NCBI GenBank assembly: GCA_030674475.1
Contig: JAUSCZ010000007.1
Span: 669 to 64,668, forward strand
DNA length: 64,000 bases
Reading direction: 5' to 3'
DNA from: Candidatus Omnitrophota bacterium
Lineage (GTDB): Bacteria > Omnitrophota > Gorgyraeia > Gygaellales > UBA12090
The notes under the pieces are model-generated. The model did not search any database, was not told the DNA's origin, and was given only the letters and a program-made list of their open reading frames with translations. Below are positions 26,010 to 34,319 of the stretch, one piece after another (the stretch's first letter is position 1; each line of letters begins with the position of its first letter). A program made the translations under genes and the position numbers.

Positions 26010-28325
26010 ATGTTTAAAAAACTGATCTCTATTCTTTTGTCTTTTACTTTTATCACCACCCAGCCCGTATTCGCCCAAGGCGTAGCCCAGCTGAATATGG
26101 CCCAATACCTGGGTTCAATGCCGGCTGTTGCGGCAGACCGGTTCCGTCCTCTGCATATGCGCTATTTATCTTACGATGCGGCTACTGATAATTTCCAGCT
26201 TCTTTTAGATAAAGGGGATGATCAGGATATTAAGGTAGGGAACGGTCGCGACCGTTCCCTACAGGAAAAGACCAAGGTCCTGATGGAGTATTTCCAGATA
26301 GGATTAGCCCTGCCTAATGACAAGTTCTGGGTAAACCTAAGGCCGGATGCCGAAGACCAGATAATTGACCCGGAGTTAGAAAAGACCGATATGGGTAAGA
26401 TAATGCTGGAGTCAGACCTGCAGTTAAAGAAGGATACTGCCGGCTTCACCTCACCCCAGACCACAGAAGGCAGACAATACTGGGATAAGCTTTATAAGAA
26501 AGCCGGAGAACTCTTCGGCACCGAAAACATCACCATCCCCACCATCACCCGTCCCTGGATAGTCCCGGGTGAGATAATCCTAAGGCAAGGCGAAGACTCG
26601 GCCTATATCTTCAAGGCCAATATGAAGGTGATGCTGGAGCATGACTACTTAAGCTCTCAGCCTTCAGCTCTCAGCTCTCAGCAATATAATTTCAAAGACC
26701 CCCGGATGAAAGAGTTGAACGAATACTCCAGCCAACTGATTAGAGAGTTGATTATCCCTAAATTAACCAAAGAGGTAAACACCTCTAAAAGATACGCCGC
26801 CTTAAGACAGGTATTCTTTTCCTTAGTCATGGCCCGCTGGTTTAAGGATACTTTCAGCGGCAAACCTGGCCAATACTCCCAGTTGATTGACAGCCACAAC
26901 CTCAACAACCTCACCTCCAAGGAGGCCTGGTCCAAGACAACCTACTTCAACGAATACAAGAAGTCCTTTGAAAAAGGCGAATACAACCTTAAGGAAGACA
27001 TCTCCACCCCTACCGGCCAGGTGATCAGGAGTTATGTCAGCGGGGGGATTACTGGTTCAAGCAGCGCAATGGGTAAGAATATAACCCATAATAATGGAGA
27101 GCACCCTCTTGATGTTGTTAATATTTTTTATAAAATGCCGAAAGGACATAACTCCGGAAATCTTTTTCTTGTGAAATCCATAGGCGATAAAACAATAGTA
27201 GAAATAGTCTCCTCAAATTCTCCGGAACGCCCAGGCAAAGAAAATATTATAAAGAATGAAGCAAGGGCCGGCTCAGCGCTGATGGAGGCAAAGCCTGCGG
27301 AATTTTTCTCTTTTGAAGAAAGCGAGGAGTTAAGAAAGAATCTTGAACAGAATATGTGGGTAAGGGTGGAGGATATTAAAACAATACTTTCTAACGCCTT
27401 GAATAGCATAGATGTTAATAATGACGCTTTTCCGAATATTCGTAAAGATATTAATAGTATTTTAATGTATTTAAATATTTTTAACAATAGGGATGCAAGA
27501 ATAAAAGGAAAAGATATAGATGAGATTGTGGAAATTCTTTACAAAAAAGGCACCTCCAGCGAGAAGTCCTTGTTTGATATTCTTCCGAAAGGATATAAGG
27601 TATGGTCGGGAGGGCGATCTGTAACATTAAGTGGCAGTGTTTCAGAATTAAGACGGTTCCAGGAAGCTTGGGAAAAGCTAGAAATTGATGCGGAGGCTGT
27701 AGTAAAGAGAATCGTAGGGCAAACGGGTGCTGCGAGTGAGAAATATGTAAAATATATTGTGGAAAGATTCCGGGAAAAGATTGACCGTAACCCTACTATG
27801 CAAGAGACAGGAGAAATTATAGGCTACGTTATTCAGAATCATAAAGGAAATGAGAGCCTGCCGGAAATAGTAGATGAAAAGATAGCGGAGATTATGGCTT
27901 CTTCCTCGATGGAGACAATTTCTAAGTCTGTTCCTAAAAACGCCGGTGGTATTGATTTCCGGACTATGAACTATCTGGTCCAGCCGATGGGGAGTTTTAA
28001 GGATTTGCGGTTTGGCTTGCCTACTTTAACCAGCAGCGCGTTAGAGAGGATTGACCTGGATAAGGAATTAGACTCCCTGCGCGATATGGTCAAGGCCGGG
28101 ATGGTGCCTTCGGGGATGCGGGTCAAGGAATACCTGGCCGCCTGCTTCCAGAAAGGTAAGATTGAGGAAAAGCAGGATGACCTCTTAGTCTGTCTGGCCG
28201 AGATCTACCGCCTGGCTGAGGAGGAGAACTTAGAAACCAGCCCGGAACTGCGGGAGTCCCTGGTAATTGTAGACACCGGTAAATTCGTCCTCATGCCTAA
28301 CAACCAAAAGGTGGGGCTGAGTTAA
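26010..28325 (+). CDS. Large secreted protein, paralog B (771 aa; same signal peptide and conserved termini as paralog A)
   Basis: Nucleotide-level near-identity to paralog A over ~26010..27070 and ~27950..28325, with the centre ~40% aa identity. The ORF-track start at 25755 is a read-through of the upstream module. Confidence 0.7.
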   Translation: MFKKLISILLSFTFITTQPVFAQGVAQLNMAQYLGSMPAVAADRFRPLHMRYLSYDAATDNFQLLLDKGDDQDIKVGNGRDRSLQEKTKVLMEYFQIGLALPNDKFWVNLRPDAEDQIIDPELEKTDMGKIMLESDLQLKKDTAGFTSPQTTEGRQYWDKLYKKAGELFGTENITIPTITRPWIVPGEIILRQGEDSAYIFKANMKVMLEHDYLSSQPSALSSQQYNFKDPRMKELNEYSSQLIRELIIPKLTKEVNTSKRYAALRQVFFSLVMARWFKDTFSGKPGQYSQLIDSHNLNNLTSKEAWSKTTYFNEYKKSFEKGEYNLKEDISTPTGQVIRSYVSGGITGSSSAMGKNITHNNGEHPLDVVNIFYKMPKGHNSGNLFLVKSIGDKTIVEIVSSNSPERPGKENIIKNEARAGSALMEAKPAEFFSFEESEELRKNLEQNMWVRVEDIKTILSNALNSIDVNNDAFPNIRKDINSILMYLNIFNNRDARIKGKDIDEIVEILYKKGTSSEKSLFDILPKGYKVWSGGRSVTLSGSVSELRRFQEAWEKLEIDAEAVVKRIVGQTGAASEKYVKYIVERFREKIDRNPTMQETGEIIGYVIQNHKGNESLPEIVDEKIAEIMASSSMETISKSVPKNAGGIDFRTMNYLVQPMGSFKDLRFGLPTLTSSALERIDLDKELDSLRDMVKAGMVPSGMRVKEYLAACFQKGKIEEKQDDLLVCLAEIYRLAEEENLETSPELRESLVIVDTGKFVLMPNNQKVGLS

Positions 28326-28488
28326 GCGGATTTCTCGCTGAAAGTCATTCTTCAGGGTGGTTCTCTAAGAGAGAACCACCCTGTTTTTATTTGGTAATTG
28401 ACAAAGCTGTATTGTATGCTATACTTATATGTAGAAATGCAGTAATGCGGATAATTATTGTTAGATAACAAGGAGGATATTGTTATGA

Positions 28489-28787
28489 TTGGCATGAAGA
28501 ATATGGCTGTGGTTTCTGAAAGAGGCACGGTTACCATCCCTAATGCTGTAAGAAGGACCGCGCGCATCCGCCCCGGAGACTTGCTTGAGTTCAAGCCGCA
28601 GGGCGATAGCGTGATCTTAAGACATATGATAGTCAGAGGCGCCGGAGAAGGGGACTTTTTGAGCGATAATGAATGGATGGAATTTGATAAGCTGGTAAAT
28701 AAACAGTTAAAAGAAGGCGCGTATAAGAGCTATGGGGACATAAAACAGGCTAAATCGCATTCCCGCAGGCTGATGCGTGGCGCGTGA
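28489..28787 (+). CDS. AbrB/MazE-family antitoxin (second copy)
   Basis: MIGMKNMAVVSERGTVTIPNAVRRTARIRPGDLLEF parallels the 20669 gene. Confidence 0.65.
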
Positions 28788-29070
28788 AATAGCCGTGGTT
28801 ATAAATTATCTTAGTTCCTACGACCGCTCTTTTAAGAAGCTGGATGTCCCGGCCCAAAGAAAAACCGTATCGGCTATAAATAATTTTCTCTCTTTCTTAG
28901 GCAGCCGTCAGAAACCCGAAGGCTTGGGTCTGAAAAAGATTTATAAAAATTATTGGGAGATTCGGATAAATATTCGTAACCGGATAATCTTTCAGTTAGA
29001 AGGCGGGGTTATAAATATTTCCTTTGTCGGCGACCACAATGCCGTCAGGGTGTTTATAAGAAAACCTTAA
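28777..29070 (+). CDS. RelE/ParE-superfamily toxin (second copy, paralog of 20929..21207)
   Basis: Shares LKKL/IYKNYWEIR...ILF...GDHN motifs with the first copy. Confidence 0.6.
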   Translation: MAREIAVVINYLSSYDRSFKKLDVPAQRKTVSAINNFLSFLGSRQKPEGLGLKKIYKNYWEIRINIRNRIIFQLEGGVINISFVGDHNAVRVFIRKP

Positions 29071-29090
29071 ACCCGGAATTTGCAATAGTA

Positions 29091-29126
29091 ATGGTGGTTT
29101 GGATTACGCGGGCCGCCATTTTTATT
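29091..29126 (+). terminator. Terminator hairpin ATGGTGGTTTGGATTACGCGGGCCGCCAT + TTTTATT between convergent genes
   Basis: Fifth member of the GGCGG..CGGGCCGCC hairpin family. Sits where the RelE-like gene (+) and ppiD (-) converge. Confidence 0.55.
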
Positions 29127-30609
29127 GGTCGGCTGTTTCCGGGGAGGCGGTTGAGGAAGTGATGTATTGCTTGAGGTTGGCCTGGGTGATCAGTTCGCTC
29201 TGCAGGGTGTTAAAGATATTTTGTTTCTTTCTTTCCAGGAGATTATCGGAATAGGTTGCTTTATCCTGCTTGAATTTATCCTGGTCAATTCCGGTGAATT
29301 TATCCGGCTCAATAATAAAACTACTTTTGGCGTCTTCTAAAATCGGGCTTATTTCACCCGGCTTAAGATCAAAGGCGGAATTTAATATACTTTTGTCTAT
29401 ATCCATATCCGGAATTGTTTGATCGCGTTTAAAAGCGGGGGTGGTTTTTAACTCTACCCCTAAGAGCTCCGCGGCTTTTTTTAAGTTTATGGCAGGGTCA
29501 TTCTGGAGGTAGCCGTCAATTTTATTCTTATAATCTTCGGTTTTATTTTTTGCTTCTTCTTTAGCCTTGATTAATTTCAGCGCTTCTTCAGCTTTAGGCT
29601 TTGCCTCTGCTAATTCCGGGATATAGAAATCTTTCTTTTGGGTTACCCGCAGGATATAGACGCCTTGAGCGGTATGGATTACCGGGCTGATTTGCCCGGC
29701 TTTCAGGTTGAAGCAATATTTATAAAATTCCTCGGATTCAATATTTTCCACCGGCTCATCTACGGCAAAGAAGCCGCTTTGGCGATAGGTAATATCTCCG
29801 GAAGCAGAGCTTTTAAGATCATTTGATTTTTTGATTTTGGGATAGAGATTATTCATTTGTTCGGATATGCCTATTCTTTGGGCCTCTTTAGAGTCCGGGG
29901 GGTAGTTGATTCCTATATACTCAATTTTGACCGTGGGAGGGCGTTTAAATTGGTTTGAGTTTTTCTGGTAATAGTCTTTAAGTTCATCTTCGCTTATTTT
30001 TATATCAGAGAGAAAGTTTTTAGAGTTAGTTTGGATATAATGGACGTTTAAGGTCTCATTGTCTTTTTTGTAAGCCTCCAAGACCTCCGTGTCGGTCAGG
30101 GTAATATCTTTGGTGGCCTGGACATAGAGTTTGCGGATAATAAGGTTATTGCGGGTTTGTTCTTCAAATTCGCGGGGTTGGCTGCCCAGGAAATAACGGA
30201 TTATCCTGCCGTAGGCATCCTGATTGAATTTGCCGTCTTTAGAAAATAAAGGATTAGAGGCAATCTCATCAACTACCTCCTGGTTTGACGCGGTGATTTT
30301 TTGTTTTTTGGCCTGTTCCAGCAGGATGAGTTTTATCCAGGCCTGGTTATTCAGGTCAACAAATTGCAGGAGGACATTATAATTTTCTCCGAACCTGAAT
30401 TTGAGGTCATTCAGGCAGGAAAGCCGTATTTTTCTAAATTCCGGGTTAGAAACCCGGCGGCCAAAGACCACTCCGGCATAGTTGGATTCTTTAGAGTTTT
30501 GCTTTCCTGACCCGGCTCCCCAAAGCACAAAGGCGAAGACCATCACCCCGACCATTACAGAGAGGATTATTTTCTGGGCCCGCTTTTTTTGGCGCAATAT
30601 TTTTAACAT
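29122..30609 (-). CDS. ppiD: Membrane-anchored periplasmic peptidyl-prolyl isomerase/chaperone (PpiD/SurA-like, parvulin domain)
   Basis: N-terminal TM anchor (LSVMVGVMVFAFVLW), SurA-N-like region and a parvulin-like segment (GQISPVIHTAQGVYILRV). Confidence 0.6.
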   Translation of the reverse strand: MLKILRQKKRAQKIILSVMVGVMVFAFVLWGAGSGKQNSKESNYAGVVFGRRVSNPEFRKIRLSCLNDLKFRFGENYNVLLQFVDLNNQAWIKLILLEQAKKQKITASNQEVVDEIASNPLFSKDGKFNQDAYGRIIRYFLGSQPREFEEQTRNNLIIRKLYVQATKDITLTDTEVLEAYKKDNETLNVHYIQTNSKNFLSDIKISEDELKDYYQKNSNQFKRPPTVKIEYIGINYPPDSKEAQRIGISEQMNNLYPKIKKSNDLKSSASGDITYRQSGFFAVDEPVENIESEEFYKYCFNLKAGQISPVIHTAQGVYILRVTQKKDFYIPELAEAKPKAEEALKLIKAKEEAKNKTEDYKNKIDGYLQNDPAINLKKAAELLGVELKTTPAFKRDQTIPDMDIDKSILNSAFDLKPGEISPILEDAKSSFIIEPDKFTGIDQDKFKQDKATYSDNLLERKKQNIFNTLQSELITQANLKQYITSSTASPETADQ

Positions 30610-30854
30610 AGTTTATAATTATACCTTTTAAAGCGCCAAAAGCAACAATATTCTTTTTACTTTACATTTTGATTTATGGGTTGTATAATTGTTAAGATTT
30701 TATATTTAAGAGAAATCGGGGAAAAGATTTTAATTCAAGAAAAATCTGTCCTGCGGGCAGAGACTTTTGGCAGATTTTTCTTGATCCTGAAGCCCGAAGG
30801 GCTGAAGGATCTAATATAGGTAACTGAATATAATTTCCTATACACCAAGAAAAG

Positions 30855-31733
30855 ATGAAAAATATATTAAAACTTGGTTTGCCTAAAGGAAGCCTGCAAG
30901 AGGCTACCTTTAGTATGTTCAAGAAGGCGGGTTTTAATGTGCATGTGGGCGAAAGGTCTTATTTGCCTTCCATTGACGACCCGGAAATTGAGCCGGTTCT
31001 CTTACGGGCCCAGGAGATGTCCCGCTATGTTGAGGACGGGGCGCTGGATTGCGGGGTTACCGGAAATGACTGGATATTGGAGAACGGTTCGGATGTAGTG
31101 CGGGTAGAGGAGTTGGTATACGCCAAACAGAGCTTGAACCCGGTGCGCTGGGTGCTGGCGGTGCCGGAGAGTTCAAATATAAAGAGCGTTAAGGATTTAG
31201 AGGGAAAAATTATTGCCACGGAATTAGTTAACGCTACCAAGAAATTTTTAAAGAAAAATAAAGTCAACGCTGATGTGGAGTTTAGCTGGGGGGCAACTGA
31301 GGTGAAGGTGGCCTCCGGTTTAGTGGACGCGATTGTGGAGCTGACTGAAACCGGCAGAAGCCTGCGGGCGCATAAGCTAAGAGAAATTACCGCGATAATC
31401 TTCTCCACTACCCAGTTTATCGCTAACAAGGCTTCTTACAAAGACTCCTGGAAAAAAGCCAAGATGCGACAGATTTGTCTTTTGCTGAAAGGGGCAATCC
31501 AGGCTGAGGGCAAGGTTGGCCTGAAGATGAACGTAAGGCGGATAAACCTAAAGAAGGTAATTGGTATTTTACCAGCCCTAAAAAATCCCACGGTATCCGG
31601 CTTAGCTCAGGAAGGCTGGCTGGCGGTTGAGACTATAATTGAAGAAAAGGTTGTGCGTAATATAATTCCCCAGCTCAAGGAGGCCGGAGCCGAAGGGATT
31701 ATCGAGTATCCGCTGAATAAGCTGATATATTAA
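30855..31733 (+). CDS. hisG: ATP phosphoribosyltransferase, long form
   Basis: [27 protein letters not shown]...; 292 aa including a C-terminal regulatory domain. Confidence 0.8.
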   Translation: MKNILKLGLPKGSLQEATFSMFKKAGFNVHVGERSYLPSIDDPEIEPVLLRAQEMSRYVEDGALDCGVTGNDWILENGSDVVRVEELVYAKQSLNPVRWVLAVPESSNIKSVKDLEGKIIATELVNATKKFLKKNKVNADVEFSWGATEVKVASGLVDAIVELTETGRSLRAHKLREITAIIFSTTQFIANKASYKDSWKKAKMRQICLLLKGAIQAEGKVGLKMNVRRINLKKVIGILPALKNPTVSGLAQEGWLAVETIIEEKVVRNIIPQLKEAGAEGIIEYPLNKLIY

Positions 31734-31832
31734 AATAATAGAAAATAAAAGTGAATATTGATAACGGAGAGCAGAAGATTTTTCTGTAATTTGTTCTCTG
31801 TAATCTTCCGAGCGACTGAAAGGAGCGAGGTA

Positions 31833-31934
31833 ATGCCTTGCGGTAAAAAAAGAAAAAGACAAAAAATACGCACGCATAAAAGAAAAAAGATGCGTCGTAA
31901 GCTCAGACATTTAAAGAAGAGAGCTTGGGGTTAA
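31833..31934 (+). CDS. 33-aa highly basic small protein, bS22/AURKAIP1-like ribosomal protein candidate
   Basis: MPCGKKRKRQKIRTHKRKKMRRKLRHLKKRAWG with RBS AGGAGCGAGG. The pattern resembles mycobacterial/Bacteroidetes bS22 (KKRRKRMxKKKHRKLL). Missed by the >=60-aa ORF track. Confidence 0.5.
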   Translation: MPCGKKRKRQKIRTHKRKKMRRKLRHLKKRAWG

Positions 31935-31946
31935 AAGAAGGTTGGT

Positions 31947-31989
31947 GCCGCGTTGTCAAACCGGTTCTTAACGGTTTGACAACGCGGCA
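31947..31989 (+). terminator. 17-bp perfect stem hairpin GCCGCGTTGTCAAACCG-gttcttaa-CGGTTTGACAACGCGGC (terminator-like, no T-run)
   Basis: Seen directly, 12 nt after the small ORF stop. Confidence 0.4.
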
Positions 31990-32093
31990 ATTTGCCACGG
32001 GGATACTATACAGCTTGCTTGAGGGATAACCGGGCTTTCTAAAAAGAAATAAACTTATAGAAAAGCCTGAGTAATAGTAATGTCGCAGCCTAA

Positions 32094-32269
32094 TATACTG
32101 TAACATTAATTTTAGATGTTACAGTATATTAGGGGGGCGTGGGGGAGACCGTCCCCCACGATTGGGGGGTGCTCAGCGAACATAGTGAGCGCCGAAGGGG
32201 GGCTTGCCCCCCTAGCGGAAGTGCGACGGAACATTCCTATAATTATTAAGAATTTATGTTACGGAGCAC
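32094..32269 (+). repeat. ~175-bp GC-rich structured repeat element, copy 1 (flanking inverted-repeat hairpin, core GGGGGAGACCGTCCCCC...GGGGGGCTTGCCCCCC, tail ...TTTATGTTACGGAGCACT)
   Basis: The core ~95 bp is ~97% identical to 50425..50520. The 3' tail supplies the in-frame ATG used by the TPR ORF. Confidence 0.7.
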
Positions 32270-33272
32270 TAGGGTGGTCAGGTTTTTAATCTGGTTTTTT
32301 GTAACAGCGTGCGTTCTATCCTTGTCAGGCCGTTTATGGAATAAGGCGCTTAATGTATCTGAAGGCGCCGTTGGATTCGGCGGCTTGAAAGAAAAATCCC
32401 AAACGCAGGCTCAAGCCCATTATATGATGGGCTTATTTTATGAAAACCAGAATAAATTTGATGAGGCAATTGCCGAGTATAAACAAACCCTGGCCTTAGA
32501 AAAAGATATCCCGGCGCCGCGGGTGCGCATCGCCGCGAATCTTATCCGCAAAAACGATTTTCCTAACGCGCTCATAGAACTTCAGGAGGCAAAAAAGCTT
32601 GACCCTGATAATATAGAAACCGGGCTGCTTTTAACCCTCCTGTATACCATCCAGAATTCTTCGGATAAGGCAGTCCAGGAATATGAGGATGTTTTGAAAA
32701 AGGCCTCAAGCGCTGACCCTAAGAATGTTGATATCCTTAAGACCTTGGCCGGCTTGTATTATCAGCAGAAGAAATTCCCGGAGGCGAGTAACCTTTATAA
32801 GCTCGTCCTGGATATTGATAAAAATGATTATGAATCGGTATTTTTGCTGGGGGCTCTTTTAGAGGAGAGCGGTAAAAGAGACGAGGCAGTAGAGAAATTT
32901 AAAGAGGTTTTAAAGCTCAAGCCGGATTACGCTAACGCCCTGAATTCTTTAGGCTATCTCTATGCTGAGGATGGCCGCCAGCTTAACGAGGCTGAGGAGT
33001 TAATCAAAAAAGCCATTTTGATTGAACCGGATAACGGGGCTTATATTGACAGCCTGGGTTGGGTTTATTTTAGAAGAAATGAGCTGGATAAGGCGATTGA
33101 GCATTTGGAGAAAGCCAGCCTTTTGCTTTTCGACCCGCTGATATACGAACATCTTGGGGATGCCTATTTTAAAAAGGGAGCTCAGGATAAAGCCCAGGCC
33201 TCCTGGCAAAAGTCTTTAGAGCTTAATCCCGCGCAAGATAAGCTAAAAGAAAAGTTAGAGAAACTAAAATAA
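32256..33272 (+). CDS. TPR-repeat protein with N-terminal signal/TM segment
   Basis: Multiple 34-aa TPR-like repeats (AxxYxxLG...). The start codon lies inside the repeat-element tail. Confidence 0.65.
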   Translation: MLRSTRVVRFLIWFFVTACVLSLSGRLWNKALNVSEGAVGFGGLKEKSQTQAQAHYMMGLFYENQNKFDEAIAEYKQTLALEKDIPAPRVRIAANLIRKNDFPNALIELQEAKKLDPDNIETGLLLTLLYTIQNSSDKAVQEYEDVLKKASSADPKNVDILKTLAGLYYQQKKFPEASNLYKLVLDIDKNDYESVFLLGALLEESGKRDEAVEKFKEVLKLKPDYANALNSLGYLYAEDGRQLNEAEELIKKAILIEPDNGAYIDSLGWVYFRRNELDKAIEHLEKASLLLFDPLIYEHLGDAYFKKGAQDKAQASWQKSLELNPAQDKLKEKLEKLK

Positions 33273-33325
33273 CCCATTCTTACACCTATGCCTACGAGGC
33301 GCAGGAATGGGTTGAGAAAGCAGGA

Positions 33326-34147
33326 ATGGATATTGAGGAGAAGGAAATACGGCTTTTAGAGGATAAGGCTAAGGAAACGCGCCGGCTGATTATCAAAATG
33401 CTGGTTAAGGCCGGTTCGGGTCATCCCGGAGGAAGCCTTTCTTCCACGGACTTATTGACCTGCCTTTATTTTAAAGTCTTGCGTCATAATCCTAAGGATC
33501 CTCAGTGGCCGGATCGAGACAGGTTTCATCTTTCTAAGGGCCACTGCTGTCCGGCGCTTTACGCGGTGCTGGCGGAATTAGGATATTTTCCTCTGGAGCA
33601 TCTTTGGACTTTGCGTAAGCTGGGCTCGATACTTCAAGGGCATCCGGATCGTAAGGTTCCCGGAGTAGAGGTGGCCAGCGGTTCTTTGGGCCAGGGCTTA
33701 TCCGTGGCTTTGGGAATGAGTTTGGCCGCTAAAATGGACAAAAAATCTTACCGGGTGTATTGTTTGATGGGAGACGGCGAGACCCAGGAGGGCAATGTCT
33801 GGGAAGCGGCCATGGCGGGCGCCCACTATAAGTGTGATAATCTCTGCGCGATGATTGATTATAATGGCTTTCAGATTGACGGATGCACTAAGGAGATTAT
33901 GAATTTAGAGCCTTTGGCGGATAAGTGGCGCTCTTTTGGCTGGCATGCTATAGAGATAAACGGGCATAACATCAGAGAGATACTCAGCGCCTACGAGGAG
34001 GCCAAGACAATAAAAGGAAAGCCTTCTATTATTATTGCCCGCACCATAAAAGGCAAGGGAGTTTCTTTTATGGAAAATGTCCTGGATTTTCACGGCCGCG
34101 CCCCCACCAAGGAAGAGGCGGAGAAAGCACTGAAAGAACTTGAATAA
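33326..34147 (+). CDS. tktA: Transketolase, N-terminal (TPP-binding) subunit
   Basis: GHPGGSLSSTDLL...GDGETQEG motifs; split-type transketolase. Confidence 0.85.
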   Translation: MDIEEKEIRLLEDKAKETRRLIIKMLVKAGSGHPGGSLSSTDLLTCLYFKVLRHNPKDPQWPDRDRFHLSKGHCCPALYAVLAELGYFPLEHLWTLRKLGSILQGHPDRKVPGVEVASGSLGQGLSVALGMSLAAKMDKKSYRVYCLMGDGETQEGNVWEAAMAGAHYKCDNLCAMIDYNGFQIDGCTKEIMNLEPLADKWRSFGWHAIEINGHNIREILSAYEEAKTIKGKPSIIIARTIKGKGVSFMENVLDFHGRAPTKEEAEKALKELE

Positions 34148-34302
34148 AAATGTCGAATGACGAAATCCGAATGACGAATGGATGTCTAATTCCTAAATGA
34201 CTAAGGTCCATACTTATGCCTTTTGAAATAATTTTTAGGCATTAGGACATTTATAGAATCGGGCATTAGTTCGGTATTCGTCATTAGGAATTCGACATTA
34301 AA
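34148..34302. repeat. Intergenic inverted/direct-repeat region (CGAATGACGAA direct repeats; TGTCGAATGACGAA...TTCGTCATTAGGAATTCGACA inverted)
   Basis: Seen directly between the two transketolase subunit genes. Confidence 0.5.
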
Positions 34303-34319
34303 CTGTTATAATCAATACT

